From a virus: 64,000 bases of DNA. The stretch is from positions 1 to 64,000 of the IMG/VR virus record IMGVR_UViG_3300032047_000003, one strand, 5' to 3'. This document shows, piece by piece, positions 9,121-18,069 of this stretch. Each line of letters opens with the position of its first letter. The stretch's first letter is position 1. The position numbers and the translations under genes were made by a program. A model generated the notes under the pieces. The model had not been told where the DNA came from, searched no databases, and saw nothing but the letters and a program-made list of their open reading frames with translations.

Positions 9121-9208
9121 CGAAAACATTGGTTATCATGATGTTTTCGATATTGGCCTTGCTGGCCCACACAACTTTCTCATAGAAGGTGGAATTTTTG
9201 CTTCTAAC
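9104..9208 (+). mobile_element. split intein C-fragment (IntC, 35 aa)
   Basis: Block F VFDIGLAGPHNF; block G IFASN followed by the Cys+1 extein CFN. Collinear with Npu IntC (VYDIGVERDHNFALKNGFIASN). Confidence 0.92.
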
Positions 9209-10330
9209 TGTTTCAATAAGTCCCACTCTATAGCATACTCCTACTTGACTTATATAACTGCTTACTTAAAAGCAAACTACCCTTGTCAATTCTTTTGCGC
9301 TTTAATGACAACTAGATCTAAATCTTTACAACCTAAAGATTGGGCTCAAAAAGCACCTCAATATGTCAATGAAGCAAGACAGCTAGGAGTAGAAATAAAT
9401 GCACCTAGCGTTAACGCTTCAAATTTAGAATTTACAATATCTCAAAATGAGATATATTTTGGATTAAACGCAATACGAGATGTAGGTAAAACAGCAGCTA
9501 AAAGTATAATGGCGGCAAGGGGAAATACTCCATTTAAAGACGTTTTCGATTTTGTTTCTAGAGTTAATACTCAAAAAGTAAATATAAAAACATTTGTTTC
9601 CCTTGTTAAAGCTGGCGCTTTTGATAAAATGGGCTATTGCAGAATAGAACTTTTAGAAATTTCACAACAGATATACGACTATTACAAAGATATTCAAGAA
9701 TACGCTCAAAGGATTCTTGATATCCAAGAAAGAAACGATTATAACAATATAGTAATTCCCAAAATAGAACGCAGAAATGAACTGCGAAAAATCTACAAAT
9801 CTGAAACCAATAGAAGACTTAAGGAAAAGCAAAAGCTTTCTGAAGCAGACTACACTAAAGTGCAAGTGGAACTAGAAGAGCTTGAAGCGTTAAACCTTAA
9901 AAAGAAAGTTTCGTTAAAAGAGAAAAACGAACCCGTAAAACCAAATGTAACAAAATATCAAAAAATAAAAATAACTCTTGCTCAAATCATTGAACAAGCT
10001 AACTACATAGGTTGTTATTTACAGACTCATCCTGCACAATTTATACAAACTAAAAATAAAATTCAAAACATGAATATAAATCAATATGGTAAAATAGCTG
10101 CAGTAGTTACATCTTTAAAAGAAATAACTACAAAAAAGAATCAAAAAATGGCTTTTTTAGAATTAGATGACTCTCAAACTATATGCGAAGCAGTTATATT
10201 TCCAAGAAGCTATCAAAAAATAATGAATCTAGATCTTAAACAAGGTGAACTTATCATGGCAGAAGTAAAAGTCCAATCTACCGATCCCTATAAGCTCATT
10301 GTCAATAAGATCAATATATATCAAGGATAA
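9104..10330 (+). CDS. dnaE: DnaE fragment 3: split-intein C-half fused to fingers end, HhH and OB domains
   Basis: ATG at 9104 with GGAG upstream. MKIK...HNFLIEGGIFASN|CFNKSHSIAY, AYLKANYP, PSVNAS, IYFGLNAIRDVG, LVKAGAFD, OB fold KMAFLELDD...EAVIFP. Confidence 0.93.
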   Translation: MKIKASENIGYHDVFDIGLAGPHNFLIEGGIFASNCFNKSHSIAYSYLTYITAYLKANYPCQFFCALMTTRSKSLQPKDWAQKAPQYVNEARQLGVEINAPSVNASNLEFTISQNEIYFGLNAIRDVGKTAAKSIMAARGNTPFKDVFDFVSRVNTQKVNIKTFVSLVKAGAFDKMGYCRIELLEISQQIYDYYKDIQEYAQRILDIQERNDYNNIVIPKIERRNELRKIYKSETNRRLKEKQKLSEADYTKVQVELEELEALNLKKKVSLKEKNEPVKPNVTKYQKIKITLAQIIEQANYIGCYLQTHPAQFIQTKNKIQNMNINQYGKIAAVVTSLKEITTKKNQKMAFLELDDSQTICEAVIFPRSYQKIMNLDLKQGELIMAEVKVQSTDPYKLIVNKINIYQG

Positions 10331-10336
10331 AAAACA

Positions 10337-11416
10337 ATGTCTAAATGGAACGAAGAAGAAGAGCACTTGCTTAAGACCTTAATAAGTACCAAATCCTATG
10401 AAGAAATTTTTTATGCATTTAAAGAAAGACACTCTAAGTGTTTGCCTGGGTTTAAAAAATTTAGATCTTTAAGAGCTATAACTAAAAAATGCGAAAAACA
10501 ATCTATTACACCTCAAAAATATAAAAAATACGAAGACCCTTACAAAAAGCGTTGGGAGAGAATAAAAGATATAACAAAAGAATATAAAGAAAAATCTGAA
10601 AGTTATTCCGTTGGAGTAAATGTAGATGTTTCTAGAAAAATACTTTGCTTATCAGATATACACTTCCCTTTTTCCTTAGAAGATGAATTAAAAAAAGCAT
10701 TAGAAGAGCATGCAGATTCCGATATTGTTGTTTTGAATGGAGACATTCTTGATGGATATATATACTCTACTTTTGCTAAAGCTAAAAGGATTGCTGCTTT
10801 AAAAGAGTATATGGCTGCTTTCGAACTAGTAGAATATTGTTCTCTTAATTTCCCTAAAGTTGTAATAGTAGCTGGAAATCACGACATAAGACCAGCAAGA
10901 GCATTGGCTTCTGCTGGCTTTGAAAAAGAAGAATCTCAAGTTTTAAGACCAGATCTTTTAGCAAGAATTGCTAATGGAGAAAAATTAAACGAAGAAGGAG
11001 ATTTAATAAAAAAACTTGATTTTTCAAATGTTTTCTATGAAAAATATGACGCTTGGTATGTCAGGATAGGTAAAACAATATTTGCTCATCCCTCTGGTTA
11101 CAGAGGTGGCCCTGGTGGAACCGCTCAAAAGCTTTATGAATATTTTATAAAAAGAATGGGAAGTGATGACTTCGACAGTATAGTCGTAGGCCATACTCAT
11201 AAAATTTACAAAGGTGTTTTTTGTAACAAGCTTTTAATAGAACAGGGCGCCATGTGCGACAGACAGCCTTATCAACATAAACCTAATTTAAGATTCCTTC
11301 ATGCTATGAATGGATATTGCATCGTGTATCAAGACAAAGACGGAAATACAGACTTTAATAAAACAACTCCAATATACTTAGGCAGTATGCTGCCTCCAAA
11401 AAAAGGAATACTATGA
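10337..11416 (+). CDS. calcineurin-like metallophosphoesterase with N-terminal Myb/HTH-like extension
   Basis: LSDIH, NGDILD, GNHD, AH, GHTH motifs; N-terminus KWNEEEEHLL. Confidence 0.85.
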   Translation: MSKWNEEEEHLLKTLISTKSYEEIFYAFKERHSKCLPGFKKFRSLRAITKKCEKQSITPQKYKKYEDPYKKRWERIKDITKEYKEKSESYSVGVNVDVSRKILCLSDIHFPFSLEDELKKALEEHADSDIVVLNGDILDGYIYSTFAKAKRIAALKEYMAAFELVEYCSLNFPKVVIVAGNHDIRPARALASAGFEKEESQVLRPDLLARIANGEKLNEEGDLIKKLDFSNVFYEKYDAWYVRIGKTIFAHPSGYRGGPGGTAQKLYEYFIKRMGSDDFDSIVVGHTHKIYKGVFCNKLLIEQGAMCDRQPYQHKPNLRFLHAMNGYCIVYQDKDGNTDFNKTTPIYLGSMLPPKKGIL

Positions 11417-11706
11417 CTCAAAAAAATATATCTATAGAAAAACTTTTAGATTTAGTTACAACTATGAAATTTAAAATAGACGCAACAAATGAACAAATTA
11501 TTAATCTTTCAATGTTGTTTGAATTTATTATGGAAAAGCTTTCAGAACAAAATATAAATCTAAGCACAGAAGATTTTGAGCCTTGGGCTGAGAAGAAATT
11601 TAAAGAGCTTGAAGAAATTGCACAAAAAGCAATCGATAACGGAATAGAAACAAAAATTCAAGAAAGAATTGACGCACACAAAAAGCAATTGGATCTAATG
11701 GAGTAG
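11413..11706 (+). CDS. hypothetical helical protein
   Basis: Overlaps the upstream stop; coiled-coil-like composition. Confidence 0.65.
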   Translation: MTQKNISIEKLLDLVTTMKFKIDATNEQIINLSMLFEFIMEKLSEQNINLSTEDFEPWAEKKFKELEEIAQKAIDNGIETKIQERIDAHKKQLDLME

Positions 11707-11778
11707 CAATGCAAACTAAGTCATTTGAACAATAAGCAAAAAAACATAAGCAAAAATATAATAAAAAATGGAGTAAAA

Positions 11779-12816
11779 ATGGCTTGGTCATTTATAAAAC
11801 ATATTACAGACTACATGTCAAGGCCAAGGTTGGGCAACCAAAAAGCACCAACCTTATGGCCTTCTGAAGCCTCAATGATATTAGAAAACGAATACGGAGA
11901 AAAAGAAAATATTGGAAAATGCAGAAGAGCTATCTTTCTAAGATATCTCAAAGACAACTATATATTTTCTCAAAAGTATTCTCATTACAAATCTCTGATT
12001 GAGGAAATAGACGAACACGGAGTAGAAGTAGACCCTTATATGAGGTGGATATGGGTTCAAGGAAACCTGTATGAAGACTATTTGCTCAACACAGCAAAAG
12101 AAAGCGGCGTATATATAGGCGACCAAGTACAACTATATATACCTAAGTTCAATGTGTCTGGAAAAATAGATATCATTGTAATAAATCCAGAAACGTCAAA
12201 ACTCTCAATTGTAGAAGCAAAAAGCGTTTATGGGTTTAATGCAAATTTTGTATTAGGTTCTCCTTCTGAAAGAAGAAATGGAAAATTAGGAACTCCTAAA
12301 AACTCTTATTTAATGCAACTGGGCTTATACCAGTACTGGTACGCAAATAAAAACGACGAATTTGAAGATGCTCTTCTTGTTTGCGGTGCAAGAGATACTG
12401 GAAAGTATGCTGAATATAAAGTTAAAGTAGAACCTGATCCAGAAAAAGAAGACGAAAAAAATTACGTTTTCTATAGAGGTCATTATCCAAATGAAACGCT
12501 ATGGTGCAATAGCAATATTGCAATAGAAGATATACTTTCGCAATATAAGTACATCCAAGACTCTTTGGACTCTGCAGTAATCCCTGAAAGAGATTTTAAT
12601 ATTCTTTATTCACAAGAAAGAATAGACACTTTATATGAAAGAGGCTTGTTAAATAAGTCTGAAACATCTAGATACGAAAAAAGAAAAAAACAAATAGAAG
12701 AAGGGAAAAATAGAATAAACAAAAGAATAGAAAAAGGCGATTGGCAGTGCAACTTTTGCAACTATAAAAAACTCTGCTACGATTCTAACCTCAACCCAAA
12801 GGAAATATCCACATAA
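11779..12816 (+). CDS. Cas4/AddB-like PD-(D/E)XK exonuclease, probable Fe-S cluster
   Basis: Start placed at 11779 (GGAG RBS). GKIDII...IVEAKS, QLGLY; one N-terminal Cys plus C-terminal CNFCNYKKLC. Confidence 0.8.
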   Translation: MAWSFIKHITDYMSRPRLGNQKAPTLWPSEASMILENEYGEKENIGKCRRAIFLRYLKDNYIFSQKYSHYKSLIEEIDEHGVEVDPYMRWIWVQGNLYEDYLLNTAKESGVYIGDQVQLYIPKFNVSGKIDIIVINPETSKLSIVEAKSVYGFNANFVLGSPSERRNGKLGTPKNSYLMQLGLYQYWYANKNDEFEDALLVCGARDTGKYAEYKVKVEPDPEKEDEKNYVFYRGHYPNETLWCNSNIAIEDILSQYKYIQDSLDSAVIPERDFNILYSQERIDTLYERGLLNKSETSRYEKRKKQIEEGKNRINKRIEKGDWQCNFCNYKKLCYDSNLNPKEIST

Positions 12817-13082
12817 TGATACCAGATACATTTTTCTTCGTATCCGTTAAAGTAGACACACAAGAATACTCTTACGGGCCATACTTGAGACTACACGAAG
12901 CAATAGAAATACTAGTTGATATAGCCCCTTCTATAGGAGCTATTCTTGCAAAAAATAAAAACTATTCATATCAATCTGTAATTCAAGAAAAAATAATAGA
13001 CTTTGAATCTAATGACGGTATATGGAAAGTCATATCAACTCCACTGTCAGAAGAAAAAGCATATCTTAGAAAAAGCAAATAG
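12816..13082 (+). CDS. hypothetical protein
   Basis: TAATG overlap with the upstream gene. Confidence 0.65.
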   Translation: MIPDTFFFVSVKVDTQEYSYGPYLRLHEAIEILVDIAPSIGAILAKNKNYSYQSVIQEKIIDFESNDGIWKVISTPLSEEKAYLRKSK

Positions 13083-13106
13083 AATTATAAATAAGGAGCA
13101 ATAAAT

Positions 13107-13901
13107 ATGAAAAACCTACTTATCGTAGGAGATCCAATTGAAGACATATATGCCACCGTTAAAAATGGAAAAACATTAGCTTCAGCTACTTTAGCAGGAG
13201 GAGCGTCTAACGTTTTTTCAAATGCAAAGAGTCTGCTTTCTAATACTGAGTACTCTAATAATATTTTTTTTGTACCACAAATCTTGTTTACTAATCAGTA
13301 CCTTTACAAAATATTAAGAATCAATGATCAGAAAGATATACATTTGTGCATTACTGAAAATAAAGAAACTTATTATTCCAACTTAAAACACTTGATTCAA
13401 AGACAACTTAATCTTCTTATAGAGAAATCTTCTGAAGAATCTACTGTTATCTTTTCTGACTACAATAAAGGTGTTTTAAATACCGCCTGCCCAAGATATA
13501 AAGGTTTAAAAAAAATAAAAACTGCAATAGTAGATTCGAAGTATAACTCACTTCATTCTGATTTCTTCACTTATGCTGAAAATTATATATTAAGATGCAC
13601 GGGAAAAGAGTATGATCCTCATTTTGCAAAACAATTCCTTTACACAGTATGGACTGATGGAGCAAAGCCGGTTGTACTTTTGGATCAAAAACAAAATGTA
13701 TTAAAAGTTTTTGAAGTTCCTCAAATTGAACCAGTTGACACTTGCGGTGCTGGCGATACATTTACCGCTACTTTAGCCTCTTGCATACATAAAGAAGGTT
13801 TTACTCTTTCGAATCTTGAGAAAGCAATCAAACTATCAATTGAATCGTCTCTTTCAACGGTAATTAAAAAAAGAACAGCAATTACTAATATAAAAATATA
13901 G
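13107..13901 (+). CDS. PfkB-family kinase resembling the HldE/RfaE heptose-7-phosphate kinase domain
   Basis: IVGDPIEDIY, GGASNV, FSDYNKGVL and DTCGAGDTF parallel HldE motifs VGDxMLDxY, GGAANV, SDYxKG and DxTGAGDT. Confidence 0.8.
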   Translation: MKNLLIVGDPIEDIYATVKNGKTLASATLAGGASNVFSNAKSLLSNTEYSNNIFFVPQILFTNQYLYKILRINDQKDIHLCITENKETYYSNLKHLIQRQLNLLIEKSSEESTVIFSDYNKGVLNTACPRYKGLKKIKTAIVDSKYNSLHSDFFTYAENYILRCTGKEYDPHFAKQFLYTVWTDGAKPVVLLDQKQNVLKVFEVPQIEPVDTCGAGDTFTATLASCIHKEGFTLSNLEKAIKLSIESSLSTVIKKRTAITNIKI

Positions 13902-13908
13902 GAAAAAC

Positions 13909-16386
13909 ATGTATATAACAAATGTAGATGAAGTCGTACCTGTTCTGAGGTCTCGACTAAGGGATTATTTAACCCTAAAACTTAAAATAAGAAGCAATGC
14001 TAGAAAGATAAAATGTTTCGCTCATGACGATAATGATCCGTCTATGCATTTTAACCCTAAAAGCAATGATGAAACAGTCAAGTGCTTTGCTTGCGGTTGG
14101 AGTGGAGATATTTTTGCAGCTGCTGCAGTAATAGACAACCTTCCTAGTAGCGGTCCAGAATGGATTACTCAAACTATACCAAAGCTTTGCGAAGAGCTTA
14201 AAATAAACGTTAAGCTTGGAGCTCCCACTTTAGCTGATAAAGAAAAACTAAAAGCTTACAAATTGTGTCAGGACGTAAACGATATTGTATCAAATTACGA
14301 CTCTAACAATTCTTATGCTTCAGGCAGAAACTGGCCACTAGAATATATAAATATATCTTCTATACCCGAAGAGACTTTAAAGTCTTCCTTAATTCAACTC
14401 GGTTGGTCAGATATTGACATTGCCAAGAGTATGTTAATTAGAACGCGAAATTTTACTTTTTTTGGAGAAGACAGAATAACCTTCACTATCAAAGACCATC
14501 TTTCGAGACCAATCGGATTCATAACAAGACCTGTAGGCGACAATGTAAAATCAAAATACATAAATAGTCCAGAAACTTTAATTTATCAAAAGTCTCAAGC
14601 GCTTCTAGGAATAGATATAGCTAAAAAATATATCAGAAATTCTGATATATATATTGTTGAAGGTCCAGGAGACTTACTTCAGCTCTACAGAATTGGAGTA
14701 TATAACGCTGTCGCTGTTTGCGGAACAGCCTTAACTGCTCAGCATTTAGCTTTAATAAAATCTTTAGGTTGCAATAAAGTTAATTTGAATTTCGACTGGG
14801 ATGAAGCAGGAACAATGGCTACACAAAGAGTTCTAGAAAATGTCATCAAAAAAGTTTCAGGAATAAATATAAAAATTGTACTCAAGCCTGAAGGGGATCA
14901 CAAAGATCCAGATGACTTTTTAAAAGATTGCAGAGATGCTTCCTGCTATTTGGACCTACCAATGATGTCTGCTTTCGAATGGCAATTAAACAGAATGTCA
15001 GATAACGAAAGCCCTGATATCATTTGCAAGAAAATGATACCTTCTATTGCTTCTGAACCTGCAGCAATCAAAAGAGAAATGCTAGTAAAAACTCTTTCAG
15101 AGTATACTGGAATTTCTTCTAGATCCATAAACACAGATGTGGAGAGTATAAGAAACAATAAGTTTGAAGAAAGAAAAGAGCAATTAGCAAGTCAAGCTGA
15201 AAGATACATTCAAAGTGTTCAAGCAGACCCAGACAACATTATGGCTCATTTAGCTGAACATGAAAGAACTGTTGAAAGAATAGAAAAAGAATACAAAAGA
15301 GCTAGCCTTGGCGTAAACTATCAAATTAGCAGGTACAATGCCGTTCAAGAACAAAGAAGACTTAATGATTCTGACGAAAACAACTCTACTTTCAAAATGG
15401 ATCATTTTGGCCACTTTGAAGAAGCTATGGCCGGTGGACAAAATTGGACATCAGGATGCTTAATGTATGTTGGCGGAAGAGCAAATAGTGGTAAAACTGC
15501 AACAACTTTGCTAATAGGATGCGATGTCGCTTTAAGCGATGAAAATGCATTAGTAATCTTTCACTCAACAGACGATAGCTACGATCAAATTGAACCAAGA
15601 ATCAAATCAAACCTTTATCACATGACAGCTTCAAATTTTCCAAAATTAACAATAGGAATGATCGTTCAACCGCACTTATATTTAAAAAACCAAGAAGACT
15701 CATATATAGAAGGTTATAAGCAAGCTGATCAAATATTTCAAGGTTTGATTAATGAAGAAAGAATTGTCATAATTGACGCTGAAGACGGCAGTACTTTGAC
15801 TGTTTTAGAAAGAAATCTTAGATACTATAGACAGAAATATCCTTCCAAAAAAATACTTTTAATTTGTGATAACACGCACAACTATATGGATTTTTTAAAT
15901 ATGGATCAATCTATGAGAATGACTATGATATCCAATCAGCAAAAAAATCTAACAGCAAAATATAAATGTTGTATTGTTGCTACTGCTGAATATAGGAAGA
16001 ATATGCCTATGGACCAATCTAAACTCAAACTTCCAGTAGACGACGATTTAGCAGATGCAAGAGCTTTGATGTATAGACCTAATATTATTTTTCACGTTTA
16101 CAATGACTTACACGACAGAAAAGATCATGCAGAAATTTTTTGGAAAAGCGAAGACGATAAGGTGTATCCAAGACTCTTGTTGCATTTTACAAAAAACAAA
16201 ATATCTGGCTTTAAAGAGAAACTTGTGTTAGACTTAGATATAACAAACATCTTTCTTAATCCTAAAAACCCCGAAATAGCGAGAAGGGAATCTGCAGAAT
16301 TTATTGACAAAAAGATGTCAAAAAGAGTATCTTTGCAAGATAACAATTACGTAGAAATAGAAGCGACAGAATATGAACAATACTGA
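13909..16386 (+). CDS. fused DNA primase-helicase (DnaG zinc finger + TOPRIM + DnaB-like ATPase)
   Basis: CFAHDD...CFAC zinc finger, KYINSPET, IVEGPGD, FDWDEAG, KDPDD; Walker A GGRANSGKT, LICDN, C-terminal TKNK. Confidence 0.9.
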   Translation: MYITNVDEVVPVLRSRLRDYLTLKLKIRSNARKIKCFAHDDNDPSMHFNPKSNDETVKCFACGWSGDIFAAAAVIDNLPSSGPEWITQTIPKLCEELKINVKLGAPTLADKEKLKAYKLCQDVNDIVSNYDSNNSYASGRNWPLEYINISSIPEETLKSSLIQLGWSDIDIAKSMLIRTRNFTFFGEDRITFTIKDHLSRPIGFITRPVGDNVKSKYINSPETLIYQKSQALLGIDIAKKYIRNSDIYIVEGPGDLLQLYRIGVYNAVAVCGTALTAQHLALIKSLGCNKVNLNFDWDEAGTMATQRVLENVIKKVSGINIKIVLKPEGDHKDPDDFLKDCRDASCYLDLPMMSAFEWQLNRMSDNESPDIICKKMIPSIASEPAAIKREMLVKTLSEYTGISSRSINTDVESIRNNKFEERKEQLASQAERYIQSVQADPDNIMAHLAEHERTVERIEKEYKRASLGVNYQISRYNAVQEQRRLNDSDENNSTFKMDHFGHFEEAMAGGQNWTSGCLMYVGGRANSGKTATTLLIGCDVALSDENALVIFHSTDDSYDQIEPRIKSNLYHMTASNFPKLTIGMIVQPHLYLKNQEDSYIEGYKQADQIFQGLINEERIVIIDAEDGSTLTVLERNLRYYRQKYPSKKILLICDNTHNYMDFLNMDQSMRMTMISNQQKNLTAKYKCCIVATAEYRKNMPMDQSKLKLPVDDDLADARALMYRPNIIFHVYNDLHDRKDHAEIFWKSEDDKVYPRLLLHFTKNKISGFKEKLVLDLDITNIFLNPKNPEIARRESAEFIDKKMSKRVSLQDNNYVEIEATEYEQY

Positions 16387-16828
16387 AAAGCTACAATCCA
16401 ATCCACTATTAACTAAAGCTTATACCGGTCAAAATAAAGGCCGGTATGGCTGTTCTGGATATACGAACCCCCTAAAAATAGAAAAAAAGTGGGGCTATGA
16501 ATTGATACACCAAAATCATAACCTTTACTGTTGTAAAGTCTTGCATATATATAAAAACTCTAGCTGTTCATTTCACTTGCATCTGGAAAAACACGAGACA
16601 CTATTGGTTACCAAAGGTACGCTATATGTAGATTCAACACATAATAAAATAAAAACAACGTACGTAGTCCAACAAGACGAGGCTTTTGTAGTAGCTCCAG
16701 GATTCATTCACTCCTTAAGAGCTGAAAGCGAACCTGTAACTCTCATAGAATCCTCAACACCTTCATACGACACGGACAGTATTAGAATATCCAACGGATA
16801 TAAATCGGAGAAATCTCATGAACATTAA
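16373..16828 (+). CDS. cupin-fold sugar isomerase-like protein
   Basis: KKWGYE, SFHLHLEKHET, PGFIH cupin metal motifs. Confidence 0.75.
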   Translation: MNNTEKLQSNPLLTKAYTGQNKGRYGCSGYTNPLKIEKKWGYELIHQNHNLYCCKVLHIYKNSSCSFHLHLEKHETLLVTKGTLYVDSTHNKIKTTYVVQQDEAFVVAPGFIHSLRAESEPVTLIESSTPSYDTDSIRISNGYKSEKSHEH

Positions 16829-17000
16829 AATCAAATTAGAAGAAATTAAAAACTTACTTCTTGAATCTGAAGAAGATTTATTCAAAAACGCTTCCGGTAA
16901 TAAAGCTGCCGGAGTAAGATCTAGAAAAAAAATTAAACAATTGAACGAATTGCTCAAAGAATTAAAAAAATTAACCTTAGAGGTTTCTAAAAATGATTAA
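16818..17000 (+). CDS. histone H1-like (Hc1 N-terminal family) protein
   Basis: GNKAAGVRSRK motif within a 60-aa helical hairpin. Confidence 0.75.
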   Translation: MNIKIKLEEIKNLLLESEEDLFKNASGNKAAGVRSRKKIKQLNELLKELKKLTLEVSKND

Positions 17001-17280
17001 TGAAAAAGATTTAGGAATTTATATAAATTCAAATAAAACGTTTTATATTCTTGAAACCGGGTCTATAGTTATTTCTTCAAATGTAACTAGAATTAAAAAA
17101 ATCTTGATACAGAAGAACTTAATTAGTATGACCGACGCCTCATATACTGACTCGGATCAGTACGAAGTGCTATCTTACAAAGATGCCAAAGCTAAAGATC
17201 TTAAAGTCGAAAGACTCTATCTGAATTCTCATATTAGAAAACATTTTAAAAATGAAAAATCTGAAGATAATAACTGGTAG
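16993..17280 (+). CDS. hypothetical protein
   Basis: Overlapping operon arrangement; GAGG upstream. Confidence 0.6.
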   Translation: MINEKDLGIYINSNKTFYILETGSIVISSNVTRIKKILIQKNLISMTDASYTDSDQYEVLSYKDAKAKDLKVERLYLNSHIRKHFKNEKSEDNNW

Positions 17281-18067
17281 CGCATTAGTACTTTTAATAA
17301 TTCTCGTTTTTGAGTTATGGTCAAGGTATACAGAAGCAGTGGAAGAAAACTCTCTGCTTCACCTTTCTTTAGAAAACTACAAGTCTGATATAAATATTAA
17401 ACAAAACGAAATACAATCAGAAAAAAAACTAATACAAAAACTTTCTAAAGAAAATAAAGATCTTGCTCTTGTTGTTTTAGAACTAAAAAAACAAAAAGAA
17501 AAAGTAAAATACGTGAATGTAACCAAATACGAGACCAAGACTGTTACTAAAACTGTAGAAAAGCTTCCTGATTCTTTCATATTCTACACTGAATATGAAA
17601 TGCCAATATGCAAATATGAAAAAATAAATTCATCTTATAGATTTGAAGTTCTTCCTGTAGAATATTCTGCAAGTTTAGTAGTTACTGAAACCAAAAATTC
17701 AGTAACTATAAAAGCTAAAAGCTTGTACGATAACACCACGTATGACATCCCTTTAGAATCAACTCAAACCACAAAGATCAAAACCCAAGAAGATCAAATA
17801 GTTCATCCTAAAGCAAGTCTCGGTTTAGCGCTAGACTCAAGCCTTCAACCTAGCTCTTCTATTGGAATTTCTCTTTTTAAATACAAAAATATGAATATAT
17901 TGAAAGCAAACATCTTGATCTCTGAAAATCCTAAAATAGGACTTTCTCCTATCGCTTACAATTTTTCTGACAGCTTGCCTTTGTTGCAAAATACTTCCTT
18001 GGAAATGGGAGTCGCCACTGATTTGACTAAAAATTTCATTTATATTGGAATAGCAACTGAGCTTTAA
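17252..18067 (+). CDS. membrane-anchored coiled-coil protein with beta-rich C-terminus (spanin-like candidate)
   Basis: N-terminal TM ITGSALVLLIILVFELW, coiled coil, alternating beta strands ending FIYIGIATEL. Confidence 0.55.
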   Translation: MKNLKIITGSALVLLIILVFELWSRYTEAVEENSLLHLSLENYKSDINIKQNEIQSEKKLIQKLSKENKDLALVVLELKKQKEKVKYVNVTKYETKTVTKTVEKLPDSFIFYTEYEMPICKYEKINSSYRFEVLPVEYSASLVVTETKNSVTIKAKSLYDNTTYDIPLESTQTTKIKTQEDQIVHPKASLGLALDSSLQPSSSIGISLFKYKNMNILKANILISENPKIGLSPIAYNFSDSLPLLQNTSLEMGVATDLTKNFIYIGIATEL

Positions 18068-18069
18068 AA

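Noticed and set aside
11779-12816. CRISPR-Cas locus suggested by the Cas4-like gene
   Set aside because: No cas1/cas2, effector or array nearby; solo Cas4-like nucleases are common in phage replication modules.
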